DNA from: an uncultured delta proteobacterium
GTDB taxonomy: Bacteria > Desulfobacterota > Syntrophia > Syntrophales > Smithellaceae
Direction: 5' to 3'
Assembly: GCA_963753975.1 (NCBI GenBank)
Contig: CAVWEH010000002.1
Location: 684,919 to 748,918 of the forward strand
DNA length: 64,000 nt
This document shows, piece after piece, positions 50,345-60,508 of this stretch. Under the pieces are notes generated by a model, which worked only from the letters and a program-made list of their open reading frames with translations, searched no databases and had not been told where the DNA came from. The position numbers were made by a program, and so were the translations under genes. Positions within the stretch are counted from its first letter, which is position 1. The number at the start of each line of letters is the position of its first letter.

Positions 50345-52207
50345 TTAAACGGCAAAAGCCGCTTCAGTTATTTCCAGGGGCGCTTTTTCATCCATTTTAA
50401 TGGCTTCACAGCGCGCCTTCACAGTCGTCAAACTTTCCACGGCGAAAAATTTCGCCGAGGCCACCCTGCCGCTGTAAAAAGCGGCTTCCTTGTTTTCCTT
50501 ATTCAAAGCCTTCTGTTTTTCCGCGCTGTCTGCTTTCTTTTCCTTATAGATCGCCGCGAGCTTTTCCGCAGCGATTCCGGCTCCATCAATAAGGAAATGT
50601 CCGAGTATCACATCGCCGAAAATTTCCATAAACTTGTAAGCATTAAGAATGGGGAGCAGGAAATTTCCCGCTTTTCCGGCCTGAACGAAAAACATCGTCA
50701 AATCCATGCAGGCATTGGCGGCTTCTTCCAGTATGGCGGTATATTTGCCAAGTTCTTTGTGCTCCTTCATTTTCTTGATGTTTTTCTGAATTTCGCCGAA
50801 GAGATTCATAGCATTCATGCCCTTTCTCTGACCAAGGCTCCTGCCCACAAGGGTCAGAGCCTGGATGCCGTTGGTTCCCTCATAAATGGTGGCAATTTTT
50901 TCATCCCGCAGATATTGTTCTACGGGGTACTCGGAGCAGTAACCGTATCCGCCGTAGACATCCATGGCCATGGAACATACCAGAAGAGACTTATCGGAAC
51001 AGTAGGCCTTGACGATCGTGGTCATGAGATTAAGGAACCCCTCCCATGTCGCCTTCTCCTCTTCTGTTTTGGCGACTGTTGATTTGTCCATACAATACGC
51101 AACGAAGTAATTCATAGAGCGCATGCCTTCGAGGTGAGATTTCATCCACATCAATTTGCGGCGGATGTCAGGATGGTTGATGATCGTTACAGCTTTGGCG
51201 TCAGGGTTCTTTCCCGCCAGGATATCGTTGCCCTGAACACGTTCCTTGGCGTATTGAACGGCATGCTCATAAGCCGCTGATGCCGAATCCAATCCCTGCA
51301 TTCCTGTTCCCAGTCTAGCTTCATTCATCATCTGGAACATGATGGGCATGCCATCGCGTTCCTTACCCAACAGTTCACCAATACACTTCCCATCCTCGCC
51401 GAAGTTCAGAGTTGCCGTAGCCGATCCTTTGATGCCCATTTTGTGCTCGATACCGCCTGTGTTGACATCGTTGGGTTCACCCAAAGATCCGTCATCATTA
51501 ACCCGGATTTTGGGTACGATGAAGATGGAAATACCCTTTGTTCCGGGAGGGTCGCCTTCAATTCGGGCGAGAACCGGGTGAATGATATTTTCAGTAAGAT
51601 TATGGTCTCCCGAAGATATAAAGCATTTGGTTCCCGTGATCAGGAATTTACCGTCCGGAAGACGCTTTGCCGTCGTCTTCGTAGCACCAACGTCGCTGCC
51701 CGCACCCGGCTCGGTCAGACACATAGTCCCAGCCCACTGGCCGGCATACATCTTGTGCATGTATTTCTTCTTCTGTTCTTCCGTCCCATAGGTATAGATG
51801 AGACCAGCGGCGCCATGGGTAAGACCCGGATACATACAGAAGGCATAGTTGGCGGCACCCATCAGCTCCGTTACGGCGAAACCGATGGAGCGCGGCAGGC
51901 CTTGCCCACCGACATCGGGCGACTCCGAAGCGGCAAGCCATCCTGCCTCGACGTATTTTTTCCATGGCTCGTGATAGCATTTAGGAACAGACACTTTCCC
52001 ATTTTTAATTGTGCACCCTTCCTTGTCGCCTTCGGCGAGCGTAGGCGCAATGACGTTTACGGCCATTTTTTCGGCCTCTTTAAGCACCATCAAAAGATCG
52101 TCTTTGGAGAAGTCTTTAAAAGCTTCTGATTCAAACAATTTTTCAATGCCCAACTGTTCGAAAAGGACGAACTCTTGATCTCTCGTGTTCACCAGCAAAT
52201 TACTCAT
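50345..52207 (-). CDS. Long acyl-CoA dehydrogenase with C-terminal extension
   Basis: ACAD motifs (CLTEPGAGSD, YEGTNGIQ). The ATG at 52207 has an AAGGTGG RBS; the GTG at 52216 is an alternative start. Confidence 0.9.
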   Translation of the reverse strand: MSNLLVNTRDQEFVLFEQLGIEKLFESEAFKDFSKDDLLMVLKEAEKMAVNVIAPTLAEGDKEGCTIKNGKVSVPKCYHEPWKKYVEAGWLAASESPDVGGQGLPRSIGFAVTELMGAANYAFCMYPGLTHGAAGLIYTYGTEEQKKKYMHKMYAGQWAGTMCLTEPGAGSDVGATKTTAKRLPDGKFLITGTKCFISSGDHNLTENIIHPVLARIEGDPPGTKGISIFIVPKIRVNDDGSLGEPNDVNTGGIEHKMGIKGSATATLNFGEDGKCIGELLGKERDGMPIMFQMMNEARLGTGMQGLDSASAAYEHAVQYAKERVQGNDILAGKNPDAKAVTIINHPDIRRKLMWMKSHLEGMRSMNYFVAYCMDKSTVAKTEEEKATWEGFLNLMTTIVKAYCSDKSLLVCSMAMDVYGGYGYCSEYPVEQYLRDEKIATIYEGTNGIQALTLVGRSLGQRKGMNAMNLFGEIQKNIKKMKEHKELGKYTAILEEAANACMDLTMFFVQAGKAGNFLLPILNAYKFMEIFGDVILGHFLIDGAGIAAEKLAAIYKEKKADSAEKQKALNKENKEAAFYSGRVASAKFFAVESLTTVKARCEAIKMDEKAPLEITEAAFAV

Positions 52208-52259
52208 AAGATCCACCTTTCTTTTTCTTATTTAGAAATATATTTTAAAAAAATATCCA

Positions 52260-52892
52260 TCATGCCTGTTTTAAGCCTTTAATGAATACCTCTAATGCCG
52301 ATTTGATTGTGGTGCGAATTTTTTCTTTTCGTTTCACTTTCCGGCCCGAAAAAAGATACAGCGAGATAATGCCATTGAGTAGACCCCAGATAGCATACTG
52401 ATTTCGTTTGGAATTGATGTTTGCGGGTAATTCTTTTGATTCCAGACCCGATTTCAGGATTTTACCAAACACATCAATTGACTTGTTATTGGCTTCGATG
52501 ATTTGAGGATTAAGCTCCTCGGATAGATTCATTTGATCGGGCTGAAGCATGTAAATCATAAGGATCCTAAACAGTTCACTGTCGTTTAGAAAAAAATCGG
52601 CGTAGGCATAGGAAAATTCAACTAATAAATCAGCCGCTGATTTTTTTTTATTAAAAAGCCCAGACGTTTGCTGATTAAATTTCTCGATATCGTTTAGTAA
52701 GACCTGGGTATAAATTTCTTCTTTGCTGTTAAAATAAAGATAAATCGAACCCTTGCCCAACTCGGAGAATTTAGCTATTTCGTCGACAGTAACGTTATTA
52801 AATCCTTTTTCTAAGAACAGTGAACGAGCCGATTTGAGGATTAATTTTCTGCGGTCGTCTTTCTCTTTTCCTCTACGTTCTAAGAGCCCCAA
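52260..52892 (-). CDS. TetR-family regulator at the head of the beta-oxidation operon
   Basis: HTH SARSLFLEKGFNNVTVDEIAKFSELGKGSIYLYF. The start is uncertain: TTG at 52892 after GGAAGAGG, while the maximal ORF runs to 52991. Confidence 0.75.
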   Translation of the reverse strand: MGLLERRGKEKDDRRKLILKSARSLFLEKGFNNVTVDEIAKFSELGKGSIYLYFNSKEEIYTQVLLNDIEKFNQQTSGLFNKKKSAADLLVEFSYAYADFFLNDSELFRILMIYMLQPDQMNLSEELNPQIIEANNKSIDVFGKILKSGLESKELPANINSKRNQYAIWGLLNGIISLYLFSGRKVKRKEKIRTTIKSALEVFIKGLKQA

Positions 52893-53127
52893 AACAACCC
52901 TCTTCCTGCCATAAATCCTAGCTTGCTTAACTACAGTCAATATGTGACCAGCAGTCATGCTGCTTGTAAAACAATAAGATGTTAAAGTCAAGGAAAAAAA
53001 TATTTATTTGGAAAAACAGATAAATTTATAGATTTAACTCATGCTTTATTTGATATTAAAAGCAATATTGATATTTTTTGCAGCTGAAAACGGTCTCTTA
53101 CGTATTGGACACAAAGCTTCTCCAAAG

Positions 53128-53883
53128 CTATTTTGGCCGGCGTGCATATATATGCAATGAACCGGCAAATTCACGGATTACAGGTATCCTTTCGAGAATA
53201 AAACCTATTTTATCCATTACATCAACTAGCTTAAGAGGCGTGGCCGGATGTAACCAATCAAATGGCTTAATTCGGATGTCAACAAATCCTACGTGGCATA
53301 ATAAATTATATATTCTCCAACTCAAGAATGCGGTTTCGTCGGGCGAATCTCCAATTTTTCGTTTTACCCAAGAAATATTTTTTTGCAGAGCAATTTGCGG
53401 ATTAAGCATATTGGGTTCCGTAAAACTCAATATACCATTGGGTTTTAAAAGTTTATAGATTGTGGCGAGTGCCGGTGTTATATTCAGATGATGTAATACC
53501 GATGACCCAATTACGGCATCAAAAGGACCCATCGGATCGCAATCTTCAAATCTGCTTTCTAAGAATTGAACCTGCTCTGCAGGAAGGCCTTTTGCCTGAG
53601 CTTTAGCTAATAACTCTCTGGAAATATCCACAGCAACTATCTTCGCACCTGTTCCGGCAAACATTTTCGTAAAGATTCCCGTGCCGCAACCGATCTCTAA
53701 AACATAACTTTCTGATCCTAAACGGGCGCTATCAGCAATTATTAACGCTCTTCTTTTCGCTCGGCGCTTTCCTGCCTCTGTCTTCCAGCCCCAGATCATC
53801 TCCGGATCTTTGTCGGCAATGTTTTTGCCATGAGCAATTTCGTGAAGCGCTTTTTTGTTTTCTGAGCCATTAATTCTACACAT
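53128..53883 (-). CDS. Class I SAM-dependent methyltransferase
   Basis: Motif I VLEIGCGTGIF, post-I VAVDIS, motif II/III region AVIGSSVLHHL...LLKPNG. Confidence 0.8.
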   Translation of the reverse strand: MCRINGSENKKALHEIAHGKNIADKDPEMIWGWKTEAGKRRAKRRALIIADSARLGSESYVLEIGCGTGIFTKMFAGTGAKIVAVDISRELLAKAQAKGLPAEQVQFLESRFEDCDPMGPFDAVIGSSVLHHLNITPALATIYKLLKPNGILSFTEPNMLNPQIALQKNISWVKRKIGDSPDETAFLSWRIYNLLCHVGFVDIRIKPFDWLHPATPLKLVDVMDKIGFILERIPVIREFAGSLHIYARRPK

Positions 53884-53906
53884 TAAATACTAGGCCTGCT
53901 TGTTGT

Positions 53907-55361
53907 TTATACAAATTTGATTCGTCTTAAAGCAAAAAAGACCATTCTCAGTAATAGCCAGCCATGTTTCCAGCGGCTGATATTGGTCTTGCCATAAGTA
54001 CGCTCACGGTAACGGATAGGAACTTCAACAATTTTCAAATTCAATTTGGCAGCACCGAATAAAAGATCAAAATCACCAAAAGGATCGAAATCACCAAAGT
54101 ATGACCGGTTTGCCGCAATTCTTTCATAATCGGCCTTCCAAAGCGCTTTTGTCCCGCATAAGGTATCCTTGATCGGCTGCCCCAATAACCAGGAAAAGGC
54201 TAAACTGAAAAATTTATTGCCCAGTAAGTTCAGAAAACGCATTGCTTCTTTTTCCATTGGATAAACTAATCGCACCCCATTTACAAATTCAGCCTTGCCA
54301 TTGGCAAGCACGTCGTAAAACCTAGACAGATCTTCCGGCGGCACTGTCAAATCAGCATCAAGAATCATCAGGATATCACCGCTTGCATGCTGGAAACCTA
54401 AACGAACAGCATCACCTTTACCTTTGCCCTCTTGACGTAAAAGCATAAACGGCCGACGAGGATTGTCCGCCATCGCTTTTTTGATTGTTTCGTAAGTATT
54501 ATCAGTAGAATTACCTTCAACAAATATTATTTCTGTACCTCCACCCATTTCCGGTATGGAGGACAATATATTGGCGATATTACCGGCTTCATTACGTGCA
54601 GGAACAATAACTGAAACCCTAGGCACATCTAACATCGTTGCATTATAAGCGCAGGGCTTGGCAACAATAATATGAGTTAGGGCAAATAATTTAAAGGGCC
54701 AGATTTTGGCAACAAACCGGTTCAATAAAGAAGCAACTAATGGAGTCCGCATAGGCCAGATCATTTCCTCCCAGTGCCTGACAATCTCAAAATTGGTCAG
54801 AGAAAGCAAACCCGTTATGTCTTCCACCGTAAGCCAGTTTTGGAACAAGGCCGGCTTTGCCAGTCTCAACTTTCTGACAATCCAAAGCGGCAACTCCCAT
54901 AAGCGGCTATAAGAAGTAATAATTATCCTTGATCTTGGTGTGGTAAAAGACTGTATATTCTTAAATACTAATTGTACGTCCCATAATTCGTTGACCAGGT
55001 CAGAAAGGATGATAAAATCGAATTTGGTTTCCAGATCAAGTTCATGGGCGTCGGCTTGAATAAAGTGTAAATTGGGATAGCGGTTCTTGGCGCGCTCAAT
55101 TATTTCCGCCGAGAAATCTACACCAACTCCATAAGAAGGCTTAAGAGCAGCAAGCAGATCACCATAACTACAACCTATCTCAATTACACTCTGTCCGGAT
55201 GGAATAACAAATTGTAATACCTTTTGTAACCGATGGTGATAATACCCGCTGAAACCTTGCCGCTTATCAGCCTTTCGGGCAACCTTATCCCAATGGGAAA
55301 TACGTGCTTTTTGATAATTTTTATACTCCAGCAGCTTTTCATGAAAATCATTTTTTTTCAT
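53907..55361 (-). CDS. Bifunctional SAM methyltransferase and GT2 polyprenyl-phosphate glycosyltransferase (DPM1/GtrB-like)
   Basis: N-terminal half has VIEIGCSYGDLL...ILSDLVNELWD. C-terminal half has VSVIVPARNEAGNI...ILDADLTVPPEDL...GTKALW. Amphipathic or TM tail. Confidence 0.85.
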   Translation of the reverse strand: MKKNDFHEKLLEYKNYQKARISHWDKVARKADKRQGFSGYYHHRLQKVLQFVIPSGQSVIEIGCSYGDLLAALKPSYGVGVDFSAEIIERAKNRYPNLHFIQADAHELDLETKFDFIILSDLVNELWDVQLVFKNIQSFTTPRSRIIITSYSRLWELPLWIVRKLRLAKPALFQNWLTVEDITGLLSLTNFEIVRHWEEMIWPMRTPLVASLLNRFVAKIWPFKLFALTHIIVAKPCAYNATMLDVPRVSVIVPARNEAGNIANILSSIPEMGGGTEIIFVEGNSTDNTYETIKKAMADNPRRPFMLLRQEGKGKGDAVRLGFQHASGDILMILDADLTVPPEDLSRFYDVLANGKAEFVNGVRLVYPMEKEAMRFLNLLGNKFFSLAFSWLLGQPIKDTLCGTKALWKADYERIAANRSYFGDFDPFGDFDLLFGAAKLNLKIVEVPIRYRERTYGKTNISRWKHGWLLLRMVFFALRRIKFV

Positions 55362-55454
55362 AACAACAATTTTCCCAGATAAACTATTGTCCCGCTTTCT
55401 TCAATAATATATTAAAGTATAGTACAAAAAAAGAGGGTAAAAAAGGAAATAATC

Positions 55455-56051
55455 TTAATTTTTTTCTAATATAAAATAGTCTCCACAAGCATTGGGAAAA
55501 TTTTTATAGTCAGTCACATGATGTTGTTCAATTCTATCATATCCAATTAATCTAAATAACTTTACCATATCTTTATCTACCCTTGGTATACCAACCAGTA
55601 AACGGCCATGGGGTTTTAATATACGGAACATTTCCTGTAATATTTTTTTACAACCATGAATATGTTCAAAAAAGGAGAAAGCCACAATTAAATCAAATGT
55701 ATTATTTGGAAAATTTATTGTCAACAAATCATCCCGATAAAGTTTCGCATTTATACCAAGTTTTTGCAAACAGGACTGAACAACACTTGGATTTGAGGCA
55801 ATGTCAATCCCATAAAGCCTGTAGGATATAGCAAATAGCGTCGGCAGTAATAAGCCGCTCCCATATCCAAACTCCAATACATTTTCATATGGTGGAGAGA
55901 GCAGTGAAAGATATTGCTGAATCCGATAACGGCATAAAGCTCCAATTAATGGCTTGTAATAATATGGTAAAGGATCATCATCGCCATTAGGTTGGAACGT
56001 TCTTTTGGGAAACAATTTAAATTTTGCAGCATTTTTCATCTTCGTATTCAT
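55455..56051 (-). CDS. Class I SAM-dependent methyltransferase
   Basis: VLEFGYGSGLLL...GIDIA...LIVAFSFFEH...LKPHGRL. Its start overlaps the stop of the upstream GT-C/TPR gene by 4 bp (ATGA). Confidence 0.75.
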   Translation of the reverse strand: MNTKMKNAAKFKLFPKRTFQPNGDDDPLPYYYKPLIGALCRYRIQQYLSLLSPPYENVLEFGYGSGLLLPTLFAISYRLYGIDIASNPSVVQSCLQKLGINAKLYRDDLLTINFPNNTFDLIVAFSFFEHIHGCKKILQEMFRILKPHGRLLVGIPRVDKDMVKLFRLIGYDRIEQHHVTDYKNFPNACGDYFILEKN

Positions 56052-58009
56052 TTCATATTCTTAAATTTCGGATTTATTCGAATTGCTTCCCTTAAATGAT
56101 ATGCTGCTTCGGCAAAAAGTCCTTGTCGTCTCAAAATTTCTGCCAAATAAAAATGAGCACCGGCATATTCAGGCTTAATTTCTAGTGCTTCGGTAAACTC
56201 TTTAACGGCAAGATCATTTTTTTTGTAAATACCATAAACAATTCCGCGATTAAAATACGCTTCTGCAAGTTTTTGATTTAATCTTAACGCCTGATTGAAA
56301 TCAGCAAGTGCTTTTTCGTATTGTGCTTTTAAACGAAAAGCTACGCCCCTGTTGTTGAAAGCGCCTGGCATTTCCGGCTCAACTTTTATTGCTGCCGTGA
56401 AATCATCAATGGCCAAGTCAAAACGGCCCATTTCCAAATAAAGCAACCCCCGGTTGAAATACGTATCGGCAAATCGTGATCCTATTTTGAGTGCATGATT
56501 ATAATCTCTCAGTGCGTATTTATTTTGACCGATAGCTTGATAAACTATAGCTCTGTTATTTAAAGCATCTGTATAATTTTTATCAATCTCTAATGCCGAA
56601 TCAAAATCTGTTATAGCCAACTGATATTGACCATTACTGGCATATGCCCGACCTCTAAAATTATACGCAACGCCAACTTTATTATCTTTCTTAAGCACAT
56701 CGTTCCATAATGCAAAGTTATCACCCCACAATTGACAACGTTGCCAAGCAAGAAATGATAAAACTATTATTATAACGGATGCTATTAAAACTATGCCTAC
56801 CTTACTGCACGGCCGTTTTTTGACAAAATCAGCCGCAAACCAGACAATCATTATAAACAGTCCAATCAATGGAATATAAGCATAACGATCGGCCATTGCC
56901 TGGGCGCCTACCTGTACAATTCCGATCACGGGTACTAAAGTACCTATGTACCAAAACCACCCTACCGGCAAATAAGGATATTTCCGAAAATACCTGCATA
57001 CTGTAATGGTAATTATAAGTAACAATGAGGCAGATAGGAATATTTGCCATGACGGTTTATCTATATTTGGATAAAAAACGGCAAGATCCAGCGGCCAGAA
57101 TAACTTCTTTATATACAGCATATAGGAAACTATGGCGTTATTAATACGTTCAGCCAATGGTAAAAAATCCAAACTGGCCACAGTATTTACTGATCTGGCT
57201 GCATAAAAGGTCAGACAAATAGAAATGCCTGTTAATATAAGAAGAGGAATCTTCTCCAAAATCAAAAATGATATTTTAGTCTTTTTAACTGAAGGTGACG
57301 TTGATGCTTCTGATCGATCTTCGTCTCGCTGATTGATTGCAGTGCGCTTCAATGGCCAGTAATCAAGGAGTAACAAAACAAAGGGCAGTGTTATCAGCAT
57401 CGGCTTGCACATGAGCCCCAAAGCAAAACAAATCAACACCGGCAGATATCTTTTCCAGTGGGGAGACCTGACATACCAAACATAAAAGAGCATCGTTGAT
57501 ATCCAGAAAAAAGTACTAAGCACGTTTTTCCGCTCTGCTATCCAGGCTACGGATTCCACATTGATCGGATGAATGGCAAACAAAACCGCCACAAAAGCGC
57601 TTCGCCAGATTACTCCAGTAAGAGTATCCAGAAGTAAAAATAATAAAACAGTATTGAGAATATGGATAATCACGCTGGTCCAATGATGGCCGCCGGCTTT
57701 ATCACCAAATACCTGCCAATCCAGCATATGCGACATCATAGTCAAAGGAAGCCAGTGACCGGTATGAAAATCGGTAAATGCATACGTTATACTCTTTAAT
57801 GTAAAGCCCGATTGGATTCCAAAATTGTTTGTAACATAAAGTGGATCATCATAGTGGACAAATCCATAATTTTGCACATTCCAATAGCTCGTTAAGATAA
57901 TAGCAATAATGGCCATGCTGATGATCAATTTCTTTTGGTTTGCAGAAATATGCTCGTTCATAATATCATAAAACTTGAGTTGATATTCAACCACCTTATT
58001 TCGTTTCAA
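56048..58009 (-). CDS. TMTC-like GT-C membrane glycosyltransferase fused to a TPR array (paralog 1)
   Basis: 653 aa. About 11 TM segments. Acidic first-loop motif GFVHYDDPLYVTNN (GT-C/DUF1736-like). The C-terminus holds about 7 TPR repeats. Confidence 0.7.
   Translation of the reverse strand: MKRNKVVEYQLKFYDIMNEHISANQKKLIISMAIIAIILTSYWNVQNYGFVHYDDPLYVTNNFGIQSGFTLKSITYAFTDFHTGHWLPLTMMSHMLDWQVFGDKAGGHHWTSVIIHILNTVLLFLLLDTLTGVIWRSAFVAVLFAIHPINVESVAWIAERKNVLSTFFWISTMLFYVWYVRSPHWKRYLPVLICFALGLMCKPMLITLPFVLLLLDYWPLKRTAINQRDEDRSEASTSPSVKKTKISFLILEKIPLLILTGISICLTFYAARSVNTVASLDFLPLAERINNAIVSYMLYIKKLFWPLDLAVFYPNIDKPSWQIFLSASLLLIITITVCRYFRKYPYLPVGWFWYIGTLVPVIGIVQVGAQAMADRYAYIPLIGLFIMIVWFAADFVKKRPCSKVGIVLIASVIIIVLSFLAWQRCQLWGDNFALWNDVLKKDNKVGVAYNFRGRAYASNGQYQLAITDFDSALEIDKNYTDALNNRAIVYQAIGQNKYALRDYNHALKIGSRFADTYFNRGLLYLEMGRFDLAIDDFTAAIKVEPEMPGAFNNRGVAFRLKAQYEKALADFNQALRLNQKLAEAYFNRGIVYGIYKKNDLAVKEFTEALEIKPEYAGAHFYLAEILRRQGLFAEAAYHLREAIRINPKFKNMK
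56070..56170 (-). repeat. 101-bp conserved 3' block of paralog 1
   Basis: About 96% identical to 58186..58286 (4 mismatches by eye). Encodes PEYAGAHFYLAEILRR.GLFAEAAYHL.EAIRINP. Confidence 0.8.
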
Positions 58010-58055
58010 AAGTTTCCCCTGCAGAATTTATTCCTATAAACCAAGCCGATTAAGA
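56850..58055 (-). repeat. 1206-bp direct repeat, copy 1 (5' UTR plus GT-C domain of paralog 1)
   Basis: Matches 59065..60270 at a constant offset of 2215 bp. Only three differences seen (57527, 57712, 58032). Confidence 0.9.
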
Positions 58056-58133
58056 GATATAATTTTTTCATTTTAAAACAGGATTTACTCTTACACCTGG
58101 TCCTAATTAATAGAACATTCTTCTTATCGCTTT

Positions 58134-60224
58134 TCAGTTGTCAATATTATTTTTAATCTTTACCTTATCTTTATCTTTATATTCTGGATTTATTCGAATT
58201 GCTTCCTTTAAATGATATGCTGCTTCAGCAAAAAGTCCCTTTCGTCTCAAAATTTCTGCCAAATAAAAATGAGCACCGGCATATTCCGGCTGGAGGCTTA
58301 GAGCTTTCTGGAAATGTTTTGCAGCTTCATCCATACTATCTTGCTGCAGTAAAACTTTACCCAGATTATAATGAGTAATGGCATTAGCAGGTTGAAGTTG
58401 TAATACTTCGTTATATTCTTTTACGGCTTCTTCGATTTTTCTCTGCCTCAGCAACGCATTCGCCAAATTATCATGAAACGCGGGCTGATTACTGTTTAAA
58501 GCAATGGCTTTCTTGTATTCCTCTATAGCTTTAGCAACAAAATTCATTTTAAGCAAAATACAGCCGATGTCGTTATGAGTTCTAGCAGATTGAGGGCTAA
58601 ACTTTAAAGCCTGTCTAAAAGCAGCGATAGCTTCATCAAAACGTTTCATCTTAAAAAAGATATAACCGATGCCGTTATATGCCTCAGCAGATTGAGGGTT
58701 AACCTTTAAAGCCTGGTTAAAAGCCGCAAGTGCTTTATCATTTTCCCCTTGCATGCTGAAAGCATGGCCCAAGTTTATTAGCGCCAAATCAATTTTCGGA
58801 TTTAATATCAGTGCCGTGTTATAGTGCTTTATGGCTTCTTCTATTTTGTTCTGTTTAAGTAATTCACCGGCCAAACCTATATGGGCGAAAAAATTAAATT
58901 TAGTAACCTTAAGAGCATGCTCAAATAGTGTTATATTGTTTTCCCAATATTTTACCTGAAAATTTGTAAGGATTAGCAAGGTTGTAATTACTACGCCAGC
59001 AGTCAGCGCAATAATTTTCGGTGACAAGTATTTTTTTAGAATATCTGTCATACCCCACGCTGCTATTATAAACAGTCCAATCAATGGAATATAAGCATAA
59101 CGATCGGCCATTGCCTGGGCGCCTACCTGTACAATTCCGATCACGGGTACTAAAGTACCTATGTACCAAAACCACCCTACCGGCAAATAAGGATATTTCC
59201 GAAAATACCTGCATACTGTAATGGTAATTATAAGTAACAATGAGGCAGATAGGAATATTTGCCATGACGGTTTATCTATATTTGGATAAAAAACGGCAAG
59301 ATCCAGCGGCCAGAATAACTTCTTTATATACAGCATATAGGAAACTATGGCGTTATTAATACGTTCAGCCAATGGTAAAAAATCCAAACTGGCCACAGTA
59401 TTTACTGATCTGGCTGCATAAAAGGTCAGACAAATAGAAATGCCTGTTAATATAAGAAGAGGAATCTTCTCCAAAATCAAAAATGATATTTTAGTCTTTT
59501 TAACTGAAGGTGACGTTGATGCTTCTGATCGATCTTCGTCTCGCTGATTGATTGCAGTGCGCTTCAATGGCCAGTAATCAAGGAGTAACAAAACAAAGGG
59601 CAGTGTTATCAGCATCGGCTTGCACATGAGCCCCAAAGCAAAACAAATCAACACCGGCAGATATCTTTTCCAGTGGGGAGACCTGACATACCAAACATAA
59701 AAGAGCATCGTTGATATCCAGAAAAAAGTACTAAGCACGTTCTTCCGCTCTGCTATCCAGGCTACGGATTCCACATTGATCGGATGAATGGCAAACAAAA
59801 CCGCCACAAAAGCGCTTCGCCAGATTACTCCAGTAAGAGTATCCAGAAGTAAAAATAATAAAACAGTATTGAGAATATGGATAATCACGCTGGTCCAATG
59901 ATGGCCGCCGGCTTTATCACCAAATAACTGCCAATCCAGCATATGCGACATCATAGTCAAAGGAAGCCAGTGACCGGTATGAAAATCGGTAAATGCATAC
60001 GTTATACTCTTTAATGTAAAGCCCGATTGGATTCCAAAATTGTTTGTAACATAAAGTGGATCATCATAGTGGACAAATCCATAATTTTGCACATTCCAAT
60101 AGCTCGTTAAGATAATAGCAATAATGGCCATGCTGATGATCAATTTCTTTTGGTTTGCAGAAATATGCTCGTTCATAATATCATAAAACTTGAGTTGATA
60201 TTCAACCACCTTATTTCGTTTCAA
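58134..60224 (-). CDS. TMTC-like GT-C membrane glycosyltransferase fused to a TPR array (paralog 2)
   Basis: 696 aa. The first ~385 aa are identical to paralog 1 except V/L at one site. The last TM segment and about 8-9 TPR repeats differ. The final ~35 aa are again homologous. Confidence 0.7.
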   Translation of the reverse strand: MKRNKVVEYQLKFYDIMNEHISANQKKLIISMAIIAIILTSYWNVQNYGFVHYDDPLYVTNNFGIQSGFTLKSITYAFTDFHTGHWLPLTMMSHMLDWQLFGDKAGGHHWTSVIIHILNTVLLFLLLDTLTGVIWRSAFVAVLFAIHPINVESVAWIAERKNVLSTFFWISTMLFYVWYVRSPHWKRYLPVLICFALGLMCKPMLITLPFVLLLLDYWPLKRTAINQRDEDRSEASTSPSVKKTKISFLILEKIPLLILTGISICLTFYAARSVNTVASLDFLPLAERINNAIVSYMLYIKKLFWPLDLAVFYPNIDKPSWQIFLSASLLLIITITVCRYFRKYPYLPVGWFWYIGTLVPVIGIVQVGAQAMADRYAYIPLIGLFIIAAWGMTDILKKYLSPKIIALTAGVVITTLLILTNFQVKYWENNITLFEHALKVTKFNFFAHIGLAGELLKQNKIEEAIKHYNTALILNPKIDLALINLGHAFSMQGENDKALAAFNQALKVNPQSAEAYNGIGYIFFKMKRFDEAIAAFRQALKFSPQSARTHNDIGCILLKMNFVAKAIEEYKKAIALNSNQPAFHDNLANALLRQRKIEEAVKEYNEVLQLQPANAITHYNLGKVLLQQDSMDEAAKHFQKALSLQPEYAGAHFYLAEILRRKGLFAEAAYHLKEAIRINPEYKDKDKVKIKNNIDN
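58186..58286 (-). repeat. 101-bp conserved 3' block of paralog 2
   Basis: See 56070..56170. Confidence 0.8.
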
Positions 60225-60270
60225 AAGTTTCCCCTGCAGAATTTATCCCTATAAACCAAGCCGATTAAGA
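59065..60270 (-). repeat. 1206-bp direct repeat, copy 2
   Basis: See copy 1. Includes 46 bp upstream of the start codon. Confidence 0.9.
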
Positions 60271-60346
60271 TGTAAATATTAATCTCAAGCTATTTTGGAC
60301 GATGAGCACTGATGTGAATTACGGATAGATTGTAGCCAGGATATCA

Positions 60347-60375
60347 TTGACATATATGTAGTACAGTGTTACATT
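60347..60375 (+). promoter_or_regulatory. Candidate sigma70 promoter for the divergent GT-C gene
   Basis: TTGACA, 17 nt, TACATT. Confidence 0.35.
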
Positions 60376-60466
60376 TTTTGCTAGCAAAATAAAGTATTTA
60401 TCAAAAAATTGTATATATTTAGACTTCGAAAAATTTTTCCAAAAGAATTTATTTTGTCGTATTTCA

Positions 60467-60491
60467 AACAACTTTGACTATTGAAGTTGTT
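60467..60491 (+). promoter_or_regulatory. 8-bp inverted repeat just upstream of the GT-C RBS
   Basis: AACAACTT-tgactattg-AAGTTGTT. Ends about 10 nt before GGGAGGGAG. Either an operator or a leader hairpin. Confidence 0.3.
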
Positions 60492-60508
60492 CCATTCAGG
60501 GAGGGAGA

